64,000 nt of DNA from positions 1,216,001-1,280,000 of the forward strand of contig OY968769.1 in the NCBI GenBank assembly GCA_963695345.1. The letters are read 5' to 3'. The position numbers and the translations under genes were made by a program. This document shows, one piece after another, positions 52,888-61,920 of this stretch. How positions within the stretch are numbered: the first letter of the stretch is position 1; the number at the start of each line of letters is the position of its first letter. This DNA comes from an uncultured Methanomassiliicoccales archaeon (GTDB taxonomy: Archaea > Thermoplasmatota > Thermoplasmata > Methanomassiliicoccales > UBA472). A model generated the notes under the pieces. That model ran no database searches and was not told where the DNA came from. It saw nothing but the letters and a program-made list of their open reading frames with translations.

Positions 52888-54132
52888 CTGACGGACAACG
52901 ATCTGCTGATCAAGGGAGTGAGAAGGCTGGAATGGGCCAACTCCCATATGCCAGTTCTTAGGGAGATAAGGGAGAGGCTGGTCAAGGAACAGACCCTTAA
53001 AGGGGTCAAGGTCGGCATGGCATTGCATGTTGAGGCCAAGACCGGAATGCTCGCCGTATCTCTTGCCCAGGCCGGAGCCAAGGTCAGGTTGGCCAGTTGC
53101 AATCCCCTTTCAACCGATGATTCGGTGGCGCTTGCCCTGCGGGAGAAGTTCGGCATAGAGACCTATGCCAAGAAGTGGGAATCGACCGAAGAATACTACC
53201 ACAACCTGAATGCTGTGCTGGACCTCGATCCGGACTTCGTCATAGATGACGGAGCGGACCTGATAACCATGCTTCACACCGAACGTCCAGATCAGTTGCC
53301 CCACGTAAAAGGAGCTAACGAGGAGACGACCACGGGAGTCATTCGGCTCAGGGCCATGGCCAAAGAGGGGAAACTGAAGTTCCCGGTCATATCTGTAAAC
53401 GATGCCCAGATGAAGTATCTTTTCGACAACCGATATGGAACGGGTCAGTCCACATTTGATGGCTGGATGAATGCCACCAACCTGTTGGTGGCGGGGAAAA
53501 ACTTGGTGGTTGCGGGCTACGGTTGGTGCGGGAAGGGGGTGGCCATGAGGGCCAAAGGACTGGGGGCCAACGTAATCGTCACCGAGGTCAACCCCATCCG
53601 GGCCATCGAGGCGAAGTTGGACGGATTCGCCGTCATGCCGATGGTGGAGGCGGCCAAACTCGCCGATATTATCATCACCGTCACCGGATGCAAGGACATC
53701 GTCGCCAGGGAGCACCTCGAGGTCATCAAGGACGGATGCGTGCTCGGCAACACCGGCCACTTCGACAACGAGATATCCAAACCCGCATTGGAGTCATACG
53801 GCTCAAGACCGGTCCGGGTCCGCGAGTTCGTGGACCAATACGACCTTCCTGGAAACCGAAAGGTCTACCTGATCGCCGAGGGAAGGCTGATGAACCTGGC
53901 GGCCGGTCAAGGTCACCCGGCCGAGATCATGGACATGAGCTTCTCCATCCAGGCACTGTCTTTGGAGCACCTGGTAAAGAATCATATGAAGCTGAAGGCC
54001 GAGGTATATAACGTCCCGCCGGAGATGGATGAAGAGGTCGCCAACATCAAGTTACGCACCATGGGCGTGGGGATCGACAAGCTCACACCGACCCAGAAGA
54101 AATATCTAGAGGCCTGGCAGGAAGGGACCTGA
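52888..54132 (+). CDS. ahcY: Adenosylhomocysteinase (start uncertain: CTG 52888 or GTG 52918)
   Basis: SCNPLST, DDGAD, EETTTG, FDNRYGTGQS, GYGWCGKG, GHFDNEI, GHPAEIMDMSF. Confidence 0.95.
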   Translation: MTDNDLLIKGVRRLEWANSHMPVLREIRERLVKEQTLKGVKVGMALHVEAKTGMLAVSLAQAGAKVRLASCNPLSTDDSVALALREKFGIETYAKKWESTEEYYHNLNAVLDLDPDFVIDDGADLITMLHTERPDQLPHVKGANEETTTGVIRLRAMAKEGKLKFPVISVNDAQMKYLFDNRYGTGQSTFDGWMNATNLLVAGKNLVVAGYGWCGKGVAMRAKGLGANVIVTEVNPIRAIEAKLDGFAVMPMVEAAKLADIIITVTGCKDIVAREHLEVIKDGCVLGNTGHFDNEISKPALESYGSRPVRVREFVDQYDLPGNRKVYLIAEGRLMNLAAGQGHPAEIMDMSFSIQALSLEHLVKNHMKLKAEVYNVPPEMDEEVANIKLRTMGVGIDKLTPTQKKYLEAWQEGT

Positions 54133-54134
54133 TC

Positions 54135-55046
54135 TTGCGGCCCTTCCTCTGTGTATATGGCCATACAAATCTGGACTTCATAATGTCACTGGATCAGTTC
54201 CCGGAAAAGAACACCTCCGTCGACGTGGTGGAGAAGCAGAGGTATTTCGGTGGCACTGGCGCTAACGTGGCCACGGTGGCGGCGTCGATTGGGGTACCAA
54301 CTGCGCTGGTGTCATATGTGGGCAAAGATATGCCCGCTGAGTTCAAGGGACTGATGGCCGGGAAAGGGGTGGACCTGAGGGACCTGGTGGAGGTGGAAGG
54401 ATATGAGACGTCCACAGTGTGGATCGTGTCCGACTCGCACCATAACCAGATCGCCTATGTCTACCAAGGGCCGATGCGGCACATGGAGGAGTTCGAGCTC
54501 AGGATGAATGCGGCGACCGAGGCTAAGTTCATCCACATCATGACCGGGCGTCCTGAGTATTATCTGCGTCTGATGAAGGAGTGCGTCAAATTAGGTAAGT
54601 CCATATCCTTCGATCCCGCCCAGGAGATCCATCACATATGGGCCGAGGACACGTTCAGGCAGGCCATGGGCATGTGTGATACGTTCTTCTGCAACGAGAA
54701 CGAGCTTAGAACCGCCATGAAATATCTCGAGGCGAAGCGTCCCGAGGACCTACTGGAGCACGTGGACGTCCTGTTCAACACGCTCGGCTCAAAAGGAAGC
54801 CGCATCTATACATCTGAAGGGGAAGTGGAGATACCGGCGGTCACCCCGGCGAAGATCGTCGACACTACTGGAGCTGGGGATGCGTTCCGAGCAGGTTACT
54901 TCGCAGGCCTCTACCGGCAATACTCCATTGCGGACAGTGCCCGATTCGGAGCCGCAGCCGCTTCTTTCGTGATCGAGGCCAGGGGATCGCTCACCAACAT
55001 CCCAGAATGGTCGCAGGTGTTGGAGCGGGTACGGTCTATGCCATGA
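54135..55046 (+). CDS. PfkB-family nucleoside/carbohydrate kinase
   Basis: GGTGANVA, FDPAQE, NENE, DTTGAGDAF. Confidence 0.92.
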   Translation: MRPFLCVYGHTNLDFIMSLDQFPEKNTSVDVVEKQRYFGGTGANVATVAASIGVPTALVSYVGKDMPAEFKGLMAGKGVDLRDLVEVEGYETSTVWIVSDSHHNQIAYVYQGPMRHMEEFELRMNAATEAKFIHIMTGRPEYYLRLMKECVKLGKSISFDPAQEIHHIWAEDTFRQAMGMCDTFFCNENELRTAMKYLEAKRPEDLLEHVDVLFNTLGSKGSRIYTSEGEVEIPAVTPAKIVDTTGAGDAFRAGYFAGLYRQYSIADSARFGAAAASFVIEARGSLTNIPEWSQVLERVRSMP

Positions 55047-55245
55047 ATCCTTGTCCGAACCATGTGGTCTGGCCTGTTCCGATTATTGTCTGGTTGCGTG
55101 CGTTCGGGGAAATGTTTAATAACACGGAAACCGTAAAGGGCCGCCAAGGTGAATGTATGGCATTGGGCTGGACATCGCAAAGCGAGCCTCCCAAGCAGTC
55201 GTCAACACCGATATCTCAGACATGAAATGAGAAGGGTGAGAAAAG

Positions 55246-55560
55246 ATGAATTTAATGGAATTCCTGACAGTACTTCTGCTGACTTTCGGCCTGTTCATGG
55301 TGCTCGCTGGTGCCTTCACAGCCTACTTTGGAAGCGGTAAGAGCAGGATCATCGGTGTTGTCCTACTAGTCGTTGGATTGGTGGTCGGCATCTTTTGGAT
55401 CTACGCGACAATGTATGGTGGGCCGAACCTGTTCAATCTAGACCTCAAGGTCTTCCACTTGAGCGACGTAGTCTGGACCGCCTTCATCAACATCATCGCC
55501 GCGGTCATCGGCGCGCTCATTGCGGTCGGTGTCTTCCTGCTCGCGATAATGAAGAGCTGA
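55246..55560 (+). CDS. Small three-TM membrane protein
   Basis: GGTGA RBS; FTAYFGSGKSR loop; hydrophobic helices. Confidence 0.8.
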   Translation: MNLMEFLTVLLLTFGLFMVLAGAFTAYFGSGKSRIIGVVLLVVGLVVGIFWIYATMYGGPNLFNLDLKVFHLSDVVWTAFINIIAAVIGALIAVGVFLLAIMKS

Positions 55561-55572
55561 ATCACAAAAATC

Positions 55573-55617
55573 CTTTCCGTAAATTCCTTTCATTTTTCTT
55601 TCATTTTTCTGTTTCTG
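55573..55617 (+). terminator. Pyrimidine/T-tract terminator
   Basis: cctttc...ctttcatttttctttcatttttctgtttct immediately after the stop codon. Confidence 0.6.
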
Positions 55618-55668
55618 ACTGACTAGTTTCCGCATTCTTTATCGTCTTGGCGGTCACTATTGGCATTT

Positions 55669-56325
55669 GTGTGCGGCAGGTTTGCGCTGACCATAACGGC
55701 CAGGTTCTTCGAGCGTTTCGAGCTGCCGGAGAATGCGATAGCCTGCACCTCCCGTCTCAATATCTCTCCCGGACAAGTTGCCCCGGTCATCCTAGATCTC
55801 GAGGGAAGGAGGGTGGTCGAGATGCAATGGGGTCTCGTTCCAAGCTGGGCGAAGGATGTCAAGATCGGCGGAAAGATGTTCAACGCCCGGTCGGAAACGC
55901 TTGATGAAAAACCATCATTCCGCACATTGCTGAAAAGGAAACGTTGCCTAGTCCCCGCCTCCGGGTTCTATGAGTGGAAAAAGGAGGATGGTAAGGTACC
56001 CTATATGATCAGGATCAAGAACCAGGACTACTTCTCCATGGCCGGTCTCTACGACGTCTGGCAGGGAGGTGATGGGAGCGTGCTGTCCACATTCACGATC
56101 GTGACCACCGCGGCGGCCAAGGCCATGGCCGACCTCCATGACCGTATGCCTGCGATAGTCGCGCATGACCTGGAGGCGGAATGGATAGCCCCCGGTGAGC
56201 TGGACCCTTCCCTTGTCGGTGAGATACTCAGAACCTATCCCGGTTCCCTGTCAATCACACCCGCCCCGTCAGAGATGTACCGTCCGGAGCCGAAGGTGGC
56301 CCCAAACCAGCAAAGGCTGATTTAG
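55669..56325 (+). CDS. SRAP/HMCES (YedK-like) abasic-site processing protein
   Basis: GTG start gives (M)CGRF with catalytic Cys2; WGLVP, FNARSE, GFYEW, HDRMP. Confidence 0.93.
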   Translation: MCGRFALTITARFFERFELPENAIACTSRLNISPGQVAPVILDLEGRRVVEMQWGLVPSWAKDVKIGGKMFNARSETLDEKPSFRTLLKRKRCLVPASGFYEWKKEDGKVPYMIRIKNQDYFSMAGLYDVWQGGDGSVLSTFTIVTTAAAKAMADLHDRMPAIVAHDLEAEWIAPGELDPSLVGEILRTYPGSLSITPAPSEMYRPEPKVAPNQQRLI

Positions 56326-56395
56326 TCACGGATCAGGCGAACCGAATTCTGTCGTACCGATACTTTTTAGAACAAGAAATCGGTCAGTCAACCCG

Positions 56396-56863
56396 ATGCC
56401 CGCTGTCCTCATCATCCTTGGTAGTAAGAGCGACCTTGAGATCGGCAAGAAGGCGCTTTCCTTGTTGCAGAAGTTCGGTGTCGGGTCCGAGATTACCGTG
56501 GCCTCCGCCCACAGAACTCCCGAACGCCTATGGAACCTGGTTCGGGAAAGCGATGCGAAGATATTCATCGCTGTGGCCGGGCTTTCGGCGGCCCTGCCCG
56601 GGGCCGTCGCCTCCCTCACCACCAGGCCAGTCATCGGTGTTCCGGTGAGCGGAGCGGTCAATCTCGATTCCATCCTCTCGATAGTCCAGATGCCTCCTGG
56701 GATACCCGTTGCCGCGGTCGGCCTGGACAGAGGCGATAACGCAGCCATACTGGCGGTCGAGATGCTGGCGCTGTCCGATCCCCATCTCGCCGCGGAACTG
56801 GAAAAGTACCGGAAGGAGATGGCGGAAAAGATCGAGAAGGACTCCAAAGAGGTGCAAGGCTGA
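56396..56863 (+). CDS. purE: N5-CAIR mutase
   Basis: GSKSD, SAHRTP, AGLSAALPG, PVIGVP, QMPPGIPVA. Confidence 0.95.
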   Translation: MPAVLIILGSKSDLEIGKKALSLLQKFGVGSEITVASAHRTPERLWNLVRESDAKIFIAVAGLSAALPGAVASLTTRPVIGVPVSGAVNLDSILSIVQMPPGIPVAAVGLDRGDNAAILAVEMLALSDPHLAAELEKYRKEMAEKIEKDSKEVQG

Positions 56864-57810
56864 TGTTCAACCCCAAGGAATTCACTGAAGAGAAGATCGA
56901 AGAGCTGAAGACATCGATTAAGGGAAGGGCCATAATCGCCTGCTCCGGTGGCGTGGACAGCACAGCCGCCGCGGTACTGGTGTCAAGGGCCATCGGGGAC
57001 CGGCTACTGACCATCTATGTCAACAACGGGTTCATGAGGAAGGGAGAGACAGAGACGGTCGACAAGATGTTCTCCAAACTGAACATCAACTATCAGCTGA
57101 TCGACGCTTCCGATGAGTTCTTCGACGCCTTGAAGGGAATAACCGAGCCAGAAAGGAAAAGGAAGGTAATCGGAGAAAAGTTCATAAGGGTCTTCGAACG
57201 GGAGGCCAAGCAGTACAAGGCTGATTACCTGGTCCAGGGAACGATCGCACCTGACTGGATCGAATCTGGTGACCATCTCCGGGATACCATCAAGAGCCAC
57301 CATAATGTGGGGGGCCTGCCCGAGGACATGAAGCTGACCCTGATAGAGCCGCTCCGCGATCTCTACAAGGATGAAGTGAGGATACTGGCAAGGTACTTGG
57401 AGATCGAGGTCTCAGAGCGTCAGCCATTCCCCGGACCGGCCTTGGCCATCAGGGTGATCGGGGAACCGACCCGTGAGAACGTAGAGGTCGTGCGGGAGGC
57501 CTGCGCCATTGTCGAGGAAGAACTGGAGATCGCCGCCGCCAAGAAGATCATGAGCCTGCCTTGGCAGTACTTCGCGGTACTATTGCCGGTACAGTCGGTC
57601 GGGGTCCATGGGGACAGACGCGCCTACGGACGCACCATAGCAGTGAGGGCGGTGGAGTCGATCGACGGGATGTCGGCCGCTTATTCGCGCATTCCCCACG
57701 AGGTTCTGGAAAAGATATCCACGCGTATCACCAATGAGATGAAGGCAGAGGTGAACCGAGTGGTCTATGACATAACCAACAAACCTCCGGCAACGATCGA
57801 ATGGGAGTGA
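56863..57810 (+). CDS. guaAB: GMP synthase subunit B (ATPPase)
   Basis: SGGVDS, IKSHHNVGG, QPFPGPALAIR, KPPATIEWE. Confidence 0.95.
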   Translation: MFNPKEFTEEKIEELKTSIKGRAIIACSGGVDSTAAAVLVSRAIGDRLLTIYVNNGFMRKGETETVDKMFSKLNINYQLIDASDEFFDALKGITEPERKRKVIGEKFIRVFEREAKQYKADYLVQGTIAPDWIESGDHLRDTIKSHHNVGGLPEDMKLTLIEPLRDLYKDEVRILARYLEIEVSERQPFPGPALAIRVIGEPTRENVEVVREACAIVEEELEIAAAKKIMSLPWQYFAVLLPVQSVGVHGDRRAYGRTIAVRAVESIDGMSAAYSRIPHEVLEKISTRITNEMKAEVNRVVYDITNKPPATIEWE

Positions 57811-58542
57811 CTAGGCAGAGTCGATCTCTTCCAAGATAGCAGCAAGGTCCGACCACTGGTCGACATGGGCATCAGGGACGATGCTGTCATCGGGCAGATA
57901 GTAGTCCGATTTCTTCAGGACGGCGGTCATGCCCACCCCGAGGGCGCCTTTCACGTCGCATTGAAGGGAATTTCCCACGAACAGTGACTGGGTGGCATCC
58001 GCACCCAGGTTTGACAGCGCGATCTTGAACATCTTGGGGTGAGGTTTCCTCAGTCCCACGTCGGTCGAGAAGACCATGTCATCGAAGTAATCCGTGAGGT
58101 TGAAAAACTCCATATCTCTCTGAGGGTATTCGGAGGGCAGACCCCAGGCGACATCCGACACCAGTCCGATGGCGTACCCTTTTTCTCGGACCATTTCCAG
58201 CATATCTATGGTCCCGGGCACGAGATTCCTTTCATCGACCAGGACCTTGTAGAATATATCCATTCCTTCGACCAGCATTTCGTCGGTGACCTCGCAGCCA
58301 TGGCGTTGGAATACCGAGTCCAACACTTGGTACAGCGGGATCTCGACCAATTCCTTTTCCTTGCGGACCCTGCCCTCTAACAACATCCTCTTCAGGTCTG
58401 ACTGGAACCTATCCGGTTCCTCATCACAACCATTCTTAATGGCCAGCATATAGGCATTTTCGATCGCCTTGAGCTCGGGCACCTCCCAGTTGTGATAATA
58501 ATCGATAAGCGTGTGACCCAGGTCGAAAACCACAGCCTTCAT
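57811..58542 (-). CDS. HAD-superfamily hydrolase
   Basis: FDLGHTL, RKPHP, FVGNSLQCDVKGA. Confidence 0.9.
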   Translation of the reverse strand: MKAVVFDLGHTLIDYYHNWEVPELKAIENAYMLAIKNGCDEEPDRFQSDLKRMLLEGRVRKEKELVEIPLYQVLDSVFQRHGCEVTDEMLVEGMDIFYKVLVDERNLVPGTIDMLEMVREKGYAIGLVSDVAWGLPSEYPQRDMEFFNLTDYFDDMVFSTDVGLRKPHPKMFKIALSNLGADATQSLFVGNSLQCDVKGALGVGMTAVLKKSDYYLPDDSIVPDAHVDQWSDLAAILEEIDSA

Positions 58543-58666
58543 GGTCTGGCTCTAGCTCAATTTCGATTCTTAATACTTTTTCTAATTGCATCAGGTCATC
58601 TGACGAAGTTGCTGAGGCACGGTTCCATGGGAGGTTTCTTTAGGTCAGTGGTACAATGGCGGGGTG

Positions 58667-58897
58667 ATGTATTCCTGCGGCCGTTGCGGAAAAAGCCTGA
58701 TCGACGTCGTCGACCTGCTGCTACTACTTCTGATGGCGGTGAACCTGGTCTTTACGGTCCTTATCGCGGCGATGGGAAGCTGGTTCGGGATAGGGAGCCT
58801 GTTCCTGGCATTCCTTTTCGGGGCTGGTTTCATAATACGGCGGAGAGAATGCCGGCCGTGCCGAGCAGAGGGTGCGGTCTCATCGACGCCCAAATGA
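58667..58897 (+). CDS. Small two-TM protein flanked by CxxC motifs
   Basis: CGRC - TM - TM - CRPC; GGGGTG RBS. Confidence 0.6.
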   Translation: MYSCGRCGKSLIDVVDLLLLLLMAVNLVFTVLIAAMGSWFGIGSLFLAFLFGAGFIIRRRECRPCRAEGAVSSTPK

Positions 58898-58963
58898 GGC
58901 TCTGCGAAAGGGCAGGGGCACCGGACATCGCTTTTATTAATGACGTGCCCATTCCATCTCCCG

Positions 58964-59539
58964 ATGAAGGTTTACGTCATTGACAATGGGGGTCAATGGA
59001 CCCACAGAGAATGGAGGGTCCTAAAATACCTCAAGGTCGAGACGAAGATCCTACCGAACACCACTCCTTTCGACCAGATAGGCGACGTTGATGCGCTGGT
59101 CCTTTCCGGGGGCTCTCCGCATGTCGCCACCGACGACTGCCGCATGGGCAACAACGGCGATTACCTGGACCAGGCGGCGTTCCCGATTTTGGGCATATGC
59201 GCAGGGATGCAGTTCATGTGCACTCATTTCGGAGGGGCTACCGAGGCGGCCAACCAGGCGGAGTTCGGGAAGGCCGCCCTCTATGTCGAGAAGGAAGACG
59301 ATATCTTTGAGGGACTGCCAAGGCAGTTCAACGTCTGGGAGTCGCACAATGACGAGGTCAAGGTGCTGCCCCCCCAGTTCGATGTTCTCGCCCGAACCGA
59401 TGCGTGTCCTATCGAAGCGGTCAAGATGAGGGACCGCCCATTTTACGGCCTCCAGTTCCATCCCGAGGTTGAGAACACCGAACACGGAGAGGACATCTTC
59501 AAGAACTTCCTGAAGGTGGTTGAGCGCTGGCACCGCTGA
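58964..59539 (+). CDS. guaAA: GMP synthase subunit A (glutamine amidotransferase)
   Basis: IDNGGQW, LGICAGMQ, SHNDEV, QFHPEV. Confidence 0.95.
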   Translation: MKVYVIDNGGQWTHREWRVLKYLKVETKILPNTTPFDQIGDVDALVLSGGSPHVATDDCRMGNNGDYLDQAAFPILGICAGMQFMCTHFGGATEAANQAEFGKAALYVEKEDDIFEGLPRQFNVWESHNDEVKVLPPQFDVLARTDACPIEAVKMRDRPFYGLQFHPEVENTEHGEDIFKNFLKVVERWHR

Positions 59540-59751
59540 GTCCCGAAGAGATCAATGCGGTACGCAGGGCGATCGACGCCATGCGCAAGAAGGACATATT
59601 CGAGAAGGTGCTTGGCAAGGAGATGCGCCGGGCCGGGTTGGGGTATGATGCGTACGTTCGCATCATTAGTGACATCCGCGAACTGGCCCGACAGGAGCAG
59701 GTGGACCTGGTAAAGGCCGCCGGGACAATCCTGTCAAAGCAGCAGCAATAG
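59527..59751 (+). CDS. Small helical hypothetical protein (CTG start, or ATG at 59581)
   Basis: Fills the gap after guaAA; APLSPEEINAVRRAIDAMRKKDIFEKVLGKEMRRAGLGYDAYVRIISDIRELARQEQVDLVKAAGTILSKQQQ; GC-ending codons typical of the genome. Confidence 0.65.
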   Translation: MAPLSPEEINAVRRAIDAMRKKDIFEKVLGKEMRRAGLGYDAYVRIISDIRELARQEQVDLVKAAGTILSKQQQ

Positions 59752-60141
59752 AATGATTATTGCCATCACTATGATGGCCAGCGCTGCCGCGATGAGCGCC
59801 GTCTTCTTGTCGGACCCGAACAGGATAGGTATGGGGCCGATCAACACCACCCCGCCTACCTTGGAGCGGTCCGAATCTGATCCGACCTCTCTTCTCTCAG
59901 AATCGCCCGTTTCTATCGCATCAAGGTAATCTCTGTCGAACACGGGGCTGAACATCAGGAGCGTGATTCCGGCAAATATGGCCAGAAGCGGCAGCAATCC
60001 GATAATGTTGTCACTGGCAAATACTGGCACGATCACGATAAGATAGAACTGGATCAGCCCCTCATTGACCGACCAGATCAATGTCACTAGTCCAACAATG
60101 AGAAGGGCGATCCCCAAACCCCGCACCGTTGCAGAGCGCAT
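59734..60141 (-). CDS. DUF131/TIGR00304 membrane protein
   Basis: GGVVLIGPIPILFGSD signature. Confidence 0.85.
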   Translation of the reverse strand: MRSATVRGLGIALLIVGLVTLIWSVNEGLIQFYLIVIVPVFASDNIIGLLPLLAIFAGITLLMFSPVFDRDYLDAIETGDSERREVGSDSDRSKVGGVVLIGPIPILFGSDKKTALIAAALAIIVMAIIILLLLL

Positions 60142-60513
60142 CGCTTCGATAAACCCTTCCCCCATTCTTGAAATTTGTCAAGGTACGGAGAAGGGCCGGT
60201 AGGGCCGGCCGCATGGTGACTGGCGGAGACACCACAGATACCCGCAGCCTTAATGCCATGAAATCTTGCCAGGCGGATAGAGAATGGCCAGCATCCGGCG
60301 GGCGGACTCCTGACCAACAGCCGGGGAACGGCCCCCAAGTTCATGGAAGGGACAGAAGGGATATGGACCGCCAGTGAGATGATATGGTTTTTGCCACTCG
60401 ATCTTGCACACCTATTCCAGGATATTCTTGCGCGATCGGAAGGTCAGAGTGATGCCGTTTGTTGCACCAACGTATTTATGAGACAAGCATGATAAGGTGA
60501 GGTAGGTGTCCTT

Positions 60514-61452
60514 TTGACCTCGCTGAGGGCGGTTATCAGTGAGATACTTGAATCCCGGGATTTTCTGGTTTCTGAACGGGACGGTTTCCTCACGGGAAAG
60601 CGAAAGGACGTCGAGGTCGTCTTCCTGCTTTTGGTTGACAAGGACGAGAAAGCATTTTCTGACTTCATTGAACGATTCAAGGATTTCAAGGGAAAGCGGG
60701 TCATCGCCACCCTGCTGCCGCTTCCAGATGTGTTGATGTCCCGATTGGACGAACGTACGTTCGTATGGGACCGGGAGGCGATCGAACATGAGATCGGGCG
60801 GGTCCATATAGAGAAGATCGTGGGTGAGAAGGACCATGGTCTGATGGACGAGTTCGGGGCAGACGACTACCCGAAAATGGTCACCGCAGAAGATCTGGAT
60901 AAAGCCGCAGATCAGGACTTCGGTGAGAAGATTGTCAAGCCGATAGTCGATGTCGAAGACGTTAAGCAGATCGCGGCCCAGACGGTGGCGGGTTTCCGGC
61001 ACCGGTTGGAACTGGTCCCGCACTACGTTTTCAGCTACAAGGCTCCGCTCTACATCGACGACAACAAGCTCGGGGTGGAAACGGGGTTGCTGGCAGTGAA
61101 CGGGCTCACGCATAAGGTCGATACCTGGTCGACCGGTCTGGACATCGTCTTCTCCCTCGAAGTGACCCACAAGCGATTGGAGCCGCTCATCGACACCGAA
61201 GAGGCAAGGAACCTGGTCATGCAGGAGGTGGTGAGAAGACACACCTTCGAGCGGGACATCGTCAAGGAAGAGAATCACGTAACGATGACCGAAAAGAAGA
61301 CGGTCTCTCCCAAGGCCGACTCGATCGAGCTGTCGGATATGGGCATCTTCTATCTGCCCATATGGTGCATCGAGGGGGTCAAGGGCGTCATGATCCTTAA
61401 CGCCAGCACCGGAAAGATAATCTCAGAGGACTACTACCGCGAGCTGTCCTGA
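60514..61452 (+). CDS. Conserved hypothetical protein with a restriction-endonuclease-like N-terminal domain
   Basis: ILESRDFLV...VWDREAIE pattern; duplicated C-terminal unit (VPHYVF..AVNGLT / LPIWCI..LNASTG); GAGGT RBS. Confidence 0.7.
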   Translation: MTSLRAVISEILESRDFLVSERDGFLTGKRKDVEVVFLLLVDKDEKAFSDFIERFKDFKGKRVIATLLPLPDVLMSRLDERTFVWDREAIEHEIGRVHIEKIVGEKDHGLMDEFGADDYPKMVTAEDLDKAADQDFGEKIVKPIVDVEDVKQIAAQTVAGFRHRLELVPHYVFSYKAPLYIDDNKLGVETGLLAVNGLTHKVDTWSTGLDIVFSLEVTHKRLEPLIDTEEARNLVMQEVVRRHTFERDIVKEENHVTMTEKKTVSPKADSIELSDMGIFYLPIWCIEGVKGVMILNASTGKIISEDYYRELS

Positions 61453-61910
61453 TCTGAACGGGTCATCGAGCACATCCTGTTACGGATGTTCTTCCAGTGA
61501 CTTCCTTTCCAATAGAATTTGCCGCACGAACGGCATTGATAGAACTGTTCATTTGATCGCAGGGCACCTTCCGGCACACGCTCAGAGGCGGCATCTTTGC
61601 TCACGGTCATCAGTTCGCCGTTGCAGTTGGCGCACCTCGACAGATCCTCATCGAACGACAGCCCATAGGCCATCCATACCTGTCTTATCTGGTCGTCGAG
61701 CTCCCGGGCGTTGATGTAGAGGCCTCCGATATTTGCCCGTTCGGCCAGTTTCTTGTCCCGGGTAAGGAGGATCCTGCCTTCCAGTCTTGCCCGTTGCAGG
61801 ATGTTCGTGTCGCTGCTGTTCTTTTCGTACAGTGTATCGTAGCCCATCAATCGCAGCCAACGGGCCAACGATCCGAGCATCTCATCAGCCGAGAAACGTG
61901 GCCTGGTCAT
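61434..61910 (-). CDS. Mut7-C RNase domain protein (PIN plus Zn ribbon)
   Basis: ADEMLGSLARWLRLMGYD, RILLTRD, RCANCNG, CRSCGKFYWKGSH. Confidence 0.92.
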   Translation of the reverse strand: MTRPRFSADEMLGSLARWLRLMGYDTLYEKNSSDTNILQRARLEGRILLTRDKKLAERANIGGLYINARELDDQIRQVWMAYGLSFDEDLSRCANCNGELMTVSKDAASERVPEGALRSNEQFYQCRSCGKFYWKGSHWKNIRNRMCSMTRSDQDSSR

Positions 61911-61920
61911 GTCCGTCGGG

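Noticed and set aside
60216-60226. GTGACTGGCG matching part of the ZTP riboswitch
   Set aside because: The downstream GGGGAGC and CGCCTGGGC elements are absent and no purine/folate gene follows
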